64,000 nt of DNA from Candidatus Pyrohabitans jungbluthii (lineage in GTDB: Archaea; Hydrothermarchaeota; Hydrothermarchaeia; Hydrothermarchaeales; BMS3B): contig MTMD02000002.1 in assembly GCA_002010065.2 (NCBI GenBank), positions 128,001-192,000 of the forward strand, given 5' to 3'. Under the pieces are notes generated by a model. That model was given only the letters and a program-made list of their open reading frames with translations, was not told the origin of the DNA and made no database searches. The translations under genes and the position numbers were made by a program. Positions 28,057 to 36,719 of the stretch are shown in pieces. Positions within the stretch are counted from its first letter, which is position 1. Each line of letters opens with the position of its first letter.

Positions 28057-29589
28057 CTAACTGAACCTCATAATAGTGGTGCGCATGTTCTGCAGGTCTA
28101 TGATTGGTATCCTCCCAGGCGTGGGGTGGATGTTCATCTTCTTCTGAAAGCTGGTCTGCTCCTGGAAGGTGCCCGAGTTCACCAGAATGGTGCCCCTGTA
28201 GTTAGCCACCTCTGTGGTGTGGACATGCCCCGCGTGGAGTATATCAGGAGGCTCCTCCAGTAAGAGGTAGTCGAAGAGTTCTGGGGCAAGGGGAACGCGA
28301 CCGCCGTAGATTGGCGAGAGGTGACGCTTTCTGAGCAGCGCCTGCATCGCCTTGGCTGGCGAGGAATAGCTCAGCCCGGGTATACTCGCTATGATGTCGT
28401 CAAGACTTCTGCCGTGATAACTCACAACTTCAACGCCGTGAATGGTGGCAAAACAGGGATTACCCACCATGTGGATGCGAGGGTCCTCGTAGAGCATGGG
28501 AGCAAACTCCTCTTCGATCGCCGGCTGCGGCTCCGCTTGCCTTGCAGCGTCGTGGTTTCCGGGCGTGATGATTATCTCTATGTGCTCGGGAACGCGCTCA
28601 ATAAACCTGGTGAAAGCAGCGTACTGCTCGTGTATGTCTTTAATAACCAGCTCATCCTTCTGCTCTGGATAGATTCCCACTCCGTCGACGAGATCGCCGC
28701 CGATAACAAGGTACTTAACCCGGGAGGCAAGCTCCCTCTGGCGAGGCGTGCCCAGCTCTCCTGCAAGCCATTTAATAAAACGCGCAAAAGTGTCTTCGAG
28801 AAACTGAGTGCTCCCCACGTGAATGTCCGAGATCATAGCCACCGCCACCGGCTCCTCACTCTTCCTGGGCTCGCGGTTCACCGGCACATCTGGAAAGAAA
28901 ATCTCATTTGCTATAACCATATCAAACCCATTGGGCATAAACCCGGCTACGCCTATCACCTCATCCTTTGTTATCTCCTTTGCCTCTTCGAGAAGCTCTC
29001 TATCTTGGCTGCGGATGAGCACAGGTATCACGCCAGTTGGATCCTCAAGCTCCAGTATTAGGTTCCCCTTCTTGCTTGTGCGAATGTCAGTAACCATGCC
29101 GATGAACTTAACCTCCCCTGAGTAGCGGGAGCTTTTAATGAGCTCAATCACCACGCTCTCCTTGAGAGCCGTGCGGGATTTGAGCAGCTTGGCAAGGCGC
29201 TCAAAGCGGTTGTTGAAATAGCTCACAAAGCTTTCAATGCTCCCCTCACAGTAGGATTTTTTTGTAATATCCCGCTCGCGCTTTATCTTGAGATTTGAAT
29301 CGTATTCCTGAGAAAGTCGCCGCTTGGAGCGTTTGAGTACGACTCGACAATCTCTTGGAGATTGCCTTCGGCTTCCTTCACCTACGTTCGGGAAGTCCAC
29401 CTCTTCCTTTTCTTTTACTTTCCTGAGTTTGTCAATGGTTAAAACGCTTGCAGATTCTTCTCTGGCGATATTGATTAATCTGTTTATCACCTCCTCCCTG
29501 TTTGGACTCCTTTTTATCTCCGCCAGAACCTCAGGGTGAAGGTTGACCCCGCACTCCACAAATTTCGAAACTATCTCAGCATCATCCAT
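28057..29589 (-). CDS. polB: DNA polymerase D small subunit DP1 (proofreading exonuclease)
   Basis: OB fold, SDIHVGS, GDLVDGVGIYP.Q, PGNHD, YHG.SLDD, GHVH. Confidence 0.98.
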   Translation of the reverse strand: MDDAEIVSKFVECGVNLHPEVLAEIKRSPNREEVINRLINIAREESASVLTIDKLRKVKEKEEVDFPNVGEGSRRQSPRDCRVVLKRSKRRLSQEYDSNLKIKRERDITKKSYCEGSIESFVSYFNNRFERLAKLLKSRTALKESVVIELIKSSRYSGEVKFIGMVTDIRTSKKGNLILELEDPTGVIPVLIRSQDRELLEEAKEITKDEVIGVAGFMPNGFDMVIANEIFFPDVPVNREPRKSEEPVAVAMISDIHVGSTQFLEDTFARFIKWLAGELGTPRQRELASRVKYLVIGGDLVDGVGIYPEQKDELVIKDIHEQYAAFTRFIERVPEHIEIIITPGNHDAARQAEPQPAIEEEFAPMLYEDPRIHMVGNPCFATIHGVEVVSYHGRSLDDIIASIPGLSYSSPAKAMQALLRKRHLSPIYGGRVPLAPELFDYLLLEEPPDILHAGHVHTTEVANYRGTILVNSGTFQEQTSFQKKMNIHPTPGRIPIIDLQNMRTTIMRFS

Positions 29590-29656
29590 ATCTTTTTAAC
29601 CCTCTTGTGTGAGCTCTATATAAGGTGAATGGGAGCACCATAAAAGTGAAAAGAAA

Positions 29657-30892
29657 TCATATTAGCCTGGTCTGAGTAAGAGTGAACTTGGACAGGCTGC
29701 GCAGGCGTATATCCTCTTCAACCACGCGTTTTATGTCCTTCAGCGGTACTTCAAGCTTTATCTCGCGGGTTCTTCCATACCTGCCTTTGCTTATAACAGT
29801 GGAGTTTAATATGCCAAGCATATCCAGCTCGGAAATTAAATCTGAAATCCTCCTCTGGGTAAGCGAGTCTATGGAAACTGCCCTGCATAGGCTCTTATAA
29901 ACCTGATAGATCTTGCCTGTGGTTATGAATTTAGTGCCCCGCTCTTCGAGGAGTATAACCGCGTAGAGCAGGACCTTTGACTGCGTTGGTAAGGTGCGCA
30001 CCGCCTCGACGACGTTATCCCGCTCTATCTTCTCATTGGCTTTGCGCACGTGTATCTCGGTTATTATCTCCGCATTCTCCCTCTCCGCCACTTCTCCGCT
30101 CACTCTGAGAAGGTCAAGGGCACGACGAGCATCACCATGCTCTCTAGCGGCAAGAGCAGCGCAAAGGGGAATTACATACTCGTCCAGAACCCCTGGCTCA
30201 AAGGCAAGCTCGGCTCGTTGCTTGAGTATATCCTCCAGCTGCTTGGCATTGTACGGCTTGAAGATTATCTCCTCCTCACCCAAAGAGCTCTGCACCCTGG
30301 TATCGAGGTAGCTTGTAAACTTTAAGTTGTTGGAGATTCCTATTATGCTCACCCTTGCGCGCTGAAGCTCAGAATTTATTCTCGTCAAGTTGTAGAGCAC
30401 CCGGTCGCCGCCCTTGGAAACGAGACGATCAATTTCATCAAGGATAATTATCACATTCTGCCTCCTCTCATCCACTGCTTCTTTAAATGCTGCATAAACT
30501 TTATCAGTGGGCCAGCCTGTGAAGGGCACATTTTCTCCAAAATGCTTAGCTAGGTTTGCAAGAACGCGATATTGAGTATCTGTAACCTCGCAGTTTAAAT
30601 AAACAGTAGAGATGGGAACTCCATACTTTTTACCAGTTTCTCTTAACCCTCTGCATATAAATTTAGAAACGATTGTTTTACCTGTGCCGCTTTTACCGTA
30701 AATAAGAATGTTTGATGGCGTTTCTCCCTTCAGTGCTGGAGCAAGAATAGTTGCAAGAGCATTTATTTCCTCTTCCCTGTGAGGGAGCTCATCGGGAGTA
30801 TAACTGTGCCTCAACGCTTCTTTGTTTTTGAACAGAGGTTGACGATGAAGGAAAGATTCAAAAATCCGTGCAAATGAATTCCTGACCTCCAT
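29657..30892 (-). CDS. cdc6: Orc1/Cdc6 replication initiator
   Basis: LPHREE, GKSGTGKT, LDEID, GDARRALDLLR, wHTH SKGRYGRTR. Confidence 0.98.
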   Translation of the reverse strand: MEVRNSFARIFESFLHRQPLFKNKEALRHSYTPDELPHREEEINALATILAPALKGETPSNILIYGKSGTGKTIVSKFICRGLRETGKKYGVPISTVYLNCEVTDTQYRVLANLAKHFGENVPFTGWPTDKVYAAFKEAVDERRQNVIIILDEIDRLVSKGGDRVLYNLTRINSELQRARVSIIGISNNLKFTSYLDTRVQSSLGEEEIIFKPYNAKQLEDILKQRAELAFEPGVLDEYVIPLCAALAAREHGDARRALDLLRVSGEVAERENAEIITEIHVRKANEKIERDNVVEAVRTLPTQSKVLLYAVILLEERGTKFITTGKIYQVYKSLCRAVSIDSLTQRRISDLISELDMLGILNSTVISKGRYGRTREIKLEVPLKDIKRVVEEDIRLRSLSKFTLTQTRLI

Positions 30893-30985
30893 ATCCACAA
30901 GCTCCTCAACGTCCACTTGAAATAAAGGTTCGGGGCAAACCAACTAAGTATAATACATCAGTCGTATTTAATATTTTTGAGTTCT

Positions 30986-31006
30986 CACCCTGTCTTTCCA
31001 CTGGAA
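30986..31006 (-). promoter_or_regulatory. Origin recognition box ORB1
   Basis: Minus strand TTCCAGTGGAAAGACAGGGTG; matches archaeal TTCCAGTGGAAA + G-string. Confidence 0.88.
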
Positions 31007-31108
31007 TTTTATTATAGATAGTAATAATGCTTAAATATTAAACAAATTTCTATTATAAATCATGATAAAATACAAAAATACAAAAATTTTTTCACCCTAA
31101 TAATAGAG

Positions 31109-31129
31109 ACCCCTTTATTTCCTGTGGAA
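31109..31129 (-). promoter_or_regulatory. Origin recognition box ORB2
   Basis: Minus strand TTCCACAGGAAATAAAGGGGT. Confidence 0.9.
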
Positions 31130-31417
31130 TGTTTAGCTGTAACTTAGACAGGAGAATTAAGGTTATTTGGCGATATTGGAATTACAACGTCAATGTAGTA
31201 ATTATGCAAAATTATAGTGAAAGTTTTTACGGATAGATATGTGAGAATTCTTTTGCTTTTACTATTTTATAGAATCACTAAATTATGTAATTATTTGAAA
31301 AATACTTATAAATCTTAGTTATTTTCAAATCGTAAAACTTTTATACTATTAATGCCATAGTAACACTGAATACTTCTCGTCAAATATTATTGTAATAATT
31401 AAATTTTCCTTTTTGCC

Positions 31418-31438
31418 TTCCATAGGAAATAAAGGGGT
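31418..31438 (+). promoter_or_regulatory. Origin recognition box ORB3
   Basis: TTCCATAGGAAATAAAGGGGT; 20/21 identical to ORB2 in inverted orientation. Confidence 0.9.
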
Positions 31439-31497
31439 GTCACTATAACCTTGGCAAGATTTATCTATGCATGAAGCGAAAGCTAAATTGAGGTAAT

Positions 31498-33030
31498 ATG
31501 ACCAAGATTGTGGGAATGATTTTTGGTGAGGTTGGATATGGCGATTTCAATTTCCTTGTAGCCAGAGATGCAAACCTCGAGAAGGGTGAATATGTCAAAG
31601 TAAATCATGAGAAGTATGGCTGGGTTCTTGCTCAGGTTCGCACAATTAAGCGTTATAATGAGCTTTATTCTCTCAATGCAATTACAGGCACTTCTATACC
31701 CAAGGCTCAGGAAGAGCGCATAATCGCCAACGCAAAGGTTATAGGCTACATTGACAAAGATGGCCTTCTCAAGACGCCAAAGATACCCTTCAGACCTGGG
31801 GAGAAAATATACGAGGCAGATGCTGGAATAATACGAAAGTCGCTCAAACTCGAGCAGAAGAATGGTATTTACCTTGGCCTGCTTGAAGGGCACAGCAGAA
31901 AGATACCAGTGTATCTCAACCCCAACAAGCTCATCCAGAAGCACATCGCCGTGCTGGCGAAGACGGGTGCAGGTAAGAGCTACACCGTTGGCGTTCTAAT
32001 TGAAGAGCTTATTGAGAAAAAGGTGCCAGTTGTCATAATAGATCCGCATGGAGAGTACTCTGCCCTTCGCTACCCTAACGACAGTCCAAGAGAGCTATCT
32101 TTGATGGAGCATTACGGAGTCACCCCCAAGGGTTATGATAGCGTGGTGGAGTACACCCCAAATCAGAGTATCAACCCTCAGGCTGATCGCAAGCTGAGCC
32201 TTGACATTACCCGCTTTACCATAAATGACTTCATTGAAATGCTCCCCACGAAGATTACAGACTCTCAGAAGGGCATACTGTTTGAGGCTCTTAAGGTCGT
32301 GGAGACCTACGGGAGTTACACCCTTGAGGATATTATACGGGTGATTCATGAGCATGAGAGCAAGGCGAAGTGGAATCTCATCACAAGCTTAGAGATGCTG
32401 CGAGAGAGTAAGATCTTTGAAGGCACCCCTGTTAAGACCTCTGAGCTGGTGCGTAGGGGTGTTACCTCCATAATAAACCTCCGCGGAGTTCAGCCTGAGA
32501 TTCAGGATATCGTTGTGTCTCGCATAGCTACTGAGATCTTCGAAGACAGAAAGCGGGGCAAGGTTCCACCCCTGCTCTTCCTGATAGAGGAGGCGCACAA
32601 CTTCGCACCAGAGCGTGGCTTTGGTGCTAAGGCTTCCAACAAGATTATTAGAACAATAGCCAGCGAGGGTAGAAAGTTCGGAATGGGTCTGTGCGTAGTA
32701 ACGCAGCGCCCGGCGAGAATCGATAAGAGCGTCCTCAGCCAGTGCAATACCCAGATTATACTCAAGGTCACCAATCCCAACGATTTAAAGGCGATAAGCC
32801 AGAGCATCGAAGGCTTTACCTCAGATCTAGAAGAGGAGATAAAGCAGCTGGAGCCTGGAGAGGCTCTTGTTGTTGGCGATGTGGTGGAGCAGCCTATATT
32901 TGTGGATGTGCGCGTCAAGCGCTCCCGGCATGGCGGGGCGAGCGTTGAGGTTGTGCGCGAGAGGCGTGGCAAACGGGTGAAAAAGACAGGCTTCGACTCC
33001 TTGCTAAGGCGAATTTTCTCTCGGTATTAG
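31498..33030 (+). CDS. HerA-family ATPase (HAS barrel + FtsK/HerA ATPase)
   Basis: HIAVLAKTGAGKSY, IDPHGEY, IEEAHNFAP, EGRKFG.GL..VTQRP, SQCNT, NP.D, GEA. Confidence 0.92.
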   Translation: MTKIVGMIFGEVGYGDFNFLVARDANLEKGEYVKVNHEKYGWVLAQVRTIKRYNELYSLNAITGTSIPKAQEERIIANAKVIGYIDKDGLLKTPKIPFRPGEKIYEADAGIIRKSLKLEQKNGIYLGLLEGHSRKIPVYLNPNKLIQKHIAVLAKTGAGKSYTVGVLIEELIEKKVPVVIIDPHGEYSALRYPNDSPRELSLMEHYGVTPKGYDSVVEYTPNQSINPQADRKLSLDITRFTINDFIEMLPTKITDSQKGILFEALKVVETYGSYTLEDIIRVIHEHESKAKWNLITSLEMLRESKIFEGTPVKTSELVRRGVTSIINLRGVQPEIQDIVVSRIATEIFEDRKRGKVPPLLFLIEEAHNFAPERGFGAKASNKIIRTIASEGRKFGMGLCVVTQRPARIDKSVLSQCNTQIILKVTNPNDLKAISQSIEGFTSDLEEEIKQLEPGEALVVGDVVEQPIFVDVRVKRSRHGGASVEVVRERRGKRVKKTGFDSLLRRIFSRY

Positions 33031-33034
33031 GGAA

Positions 33035-33802
33035 ATGGAAGTGAAGGTTGGTTGCTGCGGCTTTCCGGGAGGGATGAAGAAGTACTTCCAGGAGTTCAGC
33101 CTGGCTGAGATTCAGAAGACCTTCTATTCCCTACCGAAAATTGGCACAGCGGAGAGGTGGCGCAGCCAGGCTGGCGAAGACTTCGAGTTCACCCTCAAGG
33201 CGTGGCAGCTTATTACTCACCCGCCAAGCAGCCCGACCTACAGGAAGGCGGGAATTGAGGTTAAAGATAAGGAGAAGTACGGTTTCTTTAAAGCCACCGA
33301 CGAGGTGCTTTCAGCTTGGGAAAAAACAAGGGAGATAGCAGAAGCTCTGCGAGCGAGCGTAGTGGTATTTCAATGCCCTCCAAGCTTTACTCAAACCCAG
33401 GAAAACCTCTCAAACCTTAAAAACTTCTTTAGCAGTATAGAAAGGGGTAATCTAACCCTCGCGATAGAACTCCGCGCCCCATGGGATCGTGAACTTTTGG
33501 CTAATCTATGCGAAGAGTTTGAGCTGGTGCACTGCGTTGACCCTCTTCGCGAGGAGCCGGTGACATCAAAGCTAGCGTACTTCCGTCTGCATGGGAGCTA
33601 CCATCATGGAAGGATAAACTACAAACACAGGTATACTGATGAGGAGTTGAGAGGAGTGCTTGAAAAGGTACTTAGCTTTGAGGTTGCGTATGTGCTCTTC
33701 AACAATATCTACATGGGGGAGGATGCGAAACGGTTTATGGAGCTGTTAAGAGGGAGGGGATATCTGAAGAATACCCAGCAAATTTTTATTCCACAACCAT
33801 AA
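33035..33802 (+). CDS. DUF72 (UPF0759) family protein
   Basis: VGCCG, E.QKTFY, FTLKA...ITH, FQCPPSF, ELR, YFRLHG, FNN. Confidence 0.9.
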   Translation: MEVKVGCCGFPGGMKKYFQEFSLAEIQKTFYSLPKIGTAERWRSQAGEDFEFTLKAWQLITHPPSSPTYRKAGIEVKDKEKYGFFKATDEVLSAWEKTREIAEALRASVVVFQCPPSFTQTQENLSNLKNFFSSIERGNLTLAIELRAPWDRELLANLCEEFELVHCVDPLREEPVTSKLAYFRLHGSYHHGRINYKHRYTDEELRGVLEKVLSFEVAYVLFNNIYMGEDAKRFMELLRGRGYLKNTQQIFIPQP

Positions 33803-33811
33803 GTAAGAGCC

Positions 33812-34246
33812 ATGAACAGATTCATTCTCCTTTGGATACTCATTGCCATGAGCGCCTGCGTGGGCTCTAGCTACTCTGGTGAGGTTTCAAAGGCGGAGGA
33901 GCTGATTTCCCAAGCTACCAACATGTGGGGAGATATAATCTCCAGCGACGACTATGCAAAGATTATCAAAACCTGCGATGTCAAGGCTGAGGTGGATGCA
34001 AAGGCGATGAAGCACCTCGAGAAGGCAGCGCAGCTTGCGAAGAGCGATGAAGAGAGGCTGTATGCCCAGTACCTTCTGAATTACGTGGAGAGCTCGGCAA
34101 AGGCTACGCAAAAGTACCGTGAGTACGCTGAGCTTATGCTCAACGGAGATGAAAACAGAGCCAATATCGCCGCACTTGAAGCAAACAGCTACCTAGAGGA
34201 GGCAATAGCCTGGAAGAAGCGCGCAGCCCAGCTCAAGCCTCAGTAG
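33812..34246 (+). CDS. Hypothetical helical lipoprotein
   Basis: Signal with SAC lipobox-like motif; alpha-helical composition. Confidence 0.6.
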   Translation: MNRFILLWILIAMSACVGSSYSGEVSKAEELISQATNMWGDIISSDDYAKIIKTCDVKAEVDAKAMKHLEKAAQLAKSDEERLYAQYLLNYVESSAKATQKYREYAELMLNGDENRANIAALEANSYLEEAIAWKKRAAQLKPQ

Positions 34247-35478
34247 CCTGCCCTTATGTGGCGTAACGCCTCTTCGACGCCCGCGGCTATGCCATCGGTC
34301 TCCATCCATCCTTCTGGTTTAACAGCGTCGCCCACCAAGTAGAGGCCCTCTACGGGCGTCGCCGGTGAAAGGTGCGTACCGCTGGGTGCGCGGTTCACAG
34401 GCCATGAGTTGCGGTAAACCTGCACCGCCAGCACGCGGCAATACTTCTTAAACTCAGGGAATAGTCTGTGCAGGTCTTTTAAACCCAGCTCAATCTCCCG
34501 CTTTACGTCTGCGCCCTCGGCTAGGCGCTGGTGGGACATGAGCAGGTGTTCACCTTGAGGAGCCAGCGAGGGATCTGCATTGGTCACCTCGTTTATCCCA
34601 TTTATCCTCTCCGCCTCTGGGGTAAAGAGCACACCACTGTGCCCGAGCATCGCCTTTTTGCACGCGACACTTATCTTGATACCAGCCGCGCCTTTGATGC
34701 GCGACACAGCGCGGGCATACTCCCGGGGCAAAATCTCCTGCGCCAGTTCCGCTGTTATCTTAGGCCCTGCGTTGCTGACCACTATGTCATAGCTCCGCTT
34801 CTCCTTCGCCACCACCTCAAAGGCTCTGCCGTTCTGCTTTATCGCAATAACCTTCTGCTTCAGGTAAAGCTCTCCCCCCTCGCTCTGAAGCACCTCCACC
34901 AATGCTCGGGTTACGCCACCGCATCCCCCAACAGGTATGCCGGGACCTCCAAGCTTGTTGATGTTTTTGGTCTGAGCGATTACCTCCTTCGCAGGCACCT
35001 CACTCGCCTTCAAGCTGAGACTCCAGCCTGTGAAGGAATCGGCTATCTTAAACACAAGCTCATTCTTAATCTGCTTTTCGAGCCACGAACGATAGCTCTC
35101 GTCGCTGGTAGCTTTGCCCAGCTTGAGCATCGCTATAATTTTAGTTATCTTGAGCTTGTCGCGCAGGGAGAAGAGCGAGGGCAACTCCTCGTACTCATAA
35201 TCCTTACCAGCGATGCGGAACATAGCTTGAGGCTGTGAGGGGATTATCTCCACGCCTGCGCCAAGCTGGCGAAGCATCCTGCCAAGAGGACCGCGTTCCC
35301 GATGAGGAATCATGTGCAGCGCTCCCGTGGAGAGCTGATAGCCCCTGTAATCTAAATTCGTAAAGCGCCCGCCCGCGTAGGGAAGCTTCTCGTAGACCTC
35401 TACCTCGAAGCCTTCCTTAGCGAGGTTTGCCGCCGCCAGCAAGCCGCCCAAGCCGGCACCTATAACACATGCACGCAA
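34240..35478 (-). CDS. FAD-dependent oxidoreductase, phytoene dehydrogenase-related (COG1233)
   Basis: VIGAGLGGL, EK....GGRF, STGALHMIPH, LYLVGD; TTG start after GGAGG. Confidence 0.88.
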   Translation of the reverse strand: MRACVIGAGLGGLLAAANLAKEGFEVEVYEKLPYAGGRFTNLDYRGYQLSTGALHMIPHRERGPLGRMLRQLGAGVEIIPSQPQAMFRIAGKDYEYEELPSLFSLRDKLKITKIIAMLKLGKATSDESYRSWLEKQIKNELVFKIADSFTGWSLSLKASEVPAKEVIAQTKNINKLGGPGIPVGGCGGVTRALVEVLQSEGGELYLKQKVIAIKQNGRAFEVVAKEKRSYDIVVSNAGPKITAELAQEILPREYARAVSRIKGAAGIKISVACKKAMLGHSGVLFTPEAERINGINEVTNADPSLAPQGEHLLMSHQRLAEGADVKREIELGLKDLHRLFPEFKKYCRVLAVQVYRNSWPVNRAPSGTHLSPATPVEGLYLVGDAVKPEGWMETDGIAAGVEEALRHIRAGY

Positions 35479-35480
35479 GC

Positions 35481-35645
35481 TCAGCCCTCCTCTATGGCAT
35501 CGTTTGGGCAGTAGGCCACGCAGAGCCCGCAGTTCTTGCACCTCTCGCGGTCTATCTCTGCAACGCCATAAACGGTAATAGCCTCATTCGGGCAGAAGGG
35601 CATGCATGCAGCGCAGCCTACGCATCGCTCCTCGCGCACAAGCAT
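35481..35645 (-). CDS. 2x[4Fe-4S] ferredoxin
   Basis: CVGCAACMPFCP and CKNCGLCVAYCP. Confidence 0.93.
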   Translation of the reverse strand: MLVREERCVGCAACMPFCPNEAITVYGVAEIDRERCKNCGLCVAYCPNDAIEEG

Positions 35646-35763
35646 GCTCCAGCTTCTCCCGTGGCGGGATAAATATTTTTGGGTTACCTGCATTTTCGAG
35701 TGGGGCAGGCACAGCAACCTTTTCATTAGTTATCCATTAAATATCAATTACAGGTAATGGAAA

Positions 35764-35955
35764 ATGAAGAAAAACTACGTTACCATAAGCATACCCCGCG
35801 AGCTTTATGAGAAAGTGGCTGAGATGATTAAGGATACCGGCTTCCGCTCGCCCACGGAGTTCATAATATTTACCCTGCGCTTATTGCTCATGGAGCGCAG
35901 TGAGCGCAAGGTGATTGAAGGACTGCGCGCTCTGGGGTACTTAAAGGAGGAATAG
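35764..35955 (+). CDS. Ribbon-helix-helix (CopG-family) regulator
   Basis: YVTISIPRELYEKV..MI..TGF.S.TEFI.F.LR; tail LRALGYL. Confidence 0.85.
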   Translation: MKKNYVTISIPRELYEKVAEMIKDTGFRSPTEFIIFTLRLLLMERSERKVIEGLRALGYLKEE

Positions 35956-35957
35956 CT

Positions 35958-36719
35958 ATGCTCATAATAGGCGTTGACTCCGCTACGTGGGATGTTATCC
36001 TGCCTAACATAGACAGGCTGCCGAATTTTAAGAGGCTTATGGAGGAGGGCGAATATTCGACTATTCACCTCAACCAGAAGCCCTGGTCTCCTGAGGTGTG
36101 GTGCTCCATGTTCACTGGGCTAACGCCGGAGGAGCACGGGCACCACGATTTTGTCGTCGATGGCGAGATTGTGCGCAGAGAGGATATTAAGGCGGAGTTT
36201 ATATGGGACCTGCTTGACAGAGCCGGGGTAAGTGTGAAGGCGCTCAACGTACCCTTCATTGTGCCGCCGTACAACTTCAATGTGGACTTCACGCCAGTGG
36301 CGGGAGGCGTGCCCGTAGAGGTGGACGAACTCCTAGAGGAGATTGAAAAGGTTACGGAAAAAGCGCTTGAAGTTCTTCGCAACGATAAGCCTGAGGTTTT
36401 CATTGTCGCTTACACAGCGCTGGACAAGCTTTCCCATCTCCACTGGGGCGAGCCAGTGCTGGTGGACTTCTATGAGAAGGTGGACGAGGCGATAGGCAAG
36501 CTTCTGCCCTATGACGATGAGGTTCTGGTTATCTCTGACCACGGCTTCTGCGACTACGATGCCGCGCCCATACGCACTCTTCCCAGAAGAACGCCCAAGG
36601 GGGAGATCAAGGGGGACCACCATCCGGATGCGATTCTGATAAAGAAGAACATACCCTGCGATATTACCCAGCCTATAGACGTTTTCCGCTGCATTAAAGC
36701 GCGCTACCTAGGTGATTGA
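35958..36719 (+). CDS. Alkaline phosphatase-superfamily (NPP/sulfatase-like) enzyme
   Basis: IGVDSA, WS...W.SMFTG..P..HG, D..SH, SDHGF, GDH. Confidence 0.85.
   Translation: MLIIGVDSATWDVILPNIDRLPNFKRLMEEGEYSTIHLNQKPWSPEVWCSMFTGLTPEEHGHHDFVVDGEIVRREDIKAEFIWDLLDRAGVSVKALNVPFIVPPYNFNVDFTPVAGGVPVEVDELLEEIEKVTEKALEVLRNDKPEVFIVAYTALDKLSHLHWGEPVLVDFYEKVDEAIGKLLPYDDEVLVISDHGFCDYDAAPIRTLPRRTPKGEIKGDHHPDAILIKKNIPCDITQPIDVFRCIKARYLGD

Larger units (their letters stand above)
30944..31497. other. Chromosomal replication origin oriC
   Basis: About 550-bp very AT-rich intergenic region upstream of cdc6 with three ORB elements; two oppositely oriented ORBs flank the AT-rich DUE. Confidence 0.93.

Noticed and set aside
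24680-30892. Inteins in DP2 or Cdc6
   Set aside because: Lengths are normal, and the usual insertion sites (HAAKRRNCDGDED; GKSGTGKT) are uninterrupted.
30944-31497. AT-rich region as a CRISPR leader or mobile-element scar
   Set aside because: No repeat-spacer array or transposase; the ORBs and adjacent cdc6 explain it as oriC.
31498-33802. HerA + DUF72 as an anti-viral defence system
   Set aside because: No Sir2, DUF4297 or nuclease effector, no defence-island context, and it sits at the core origin.
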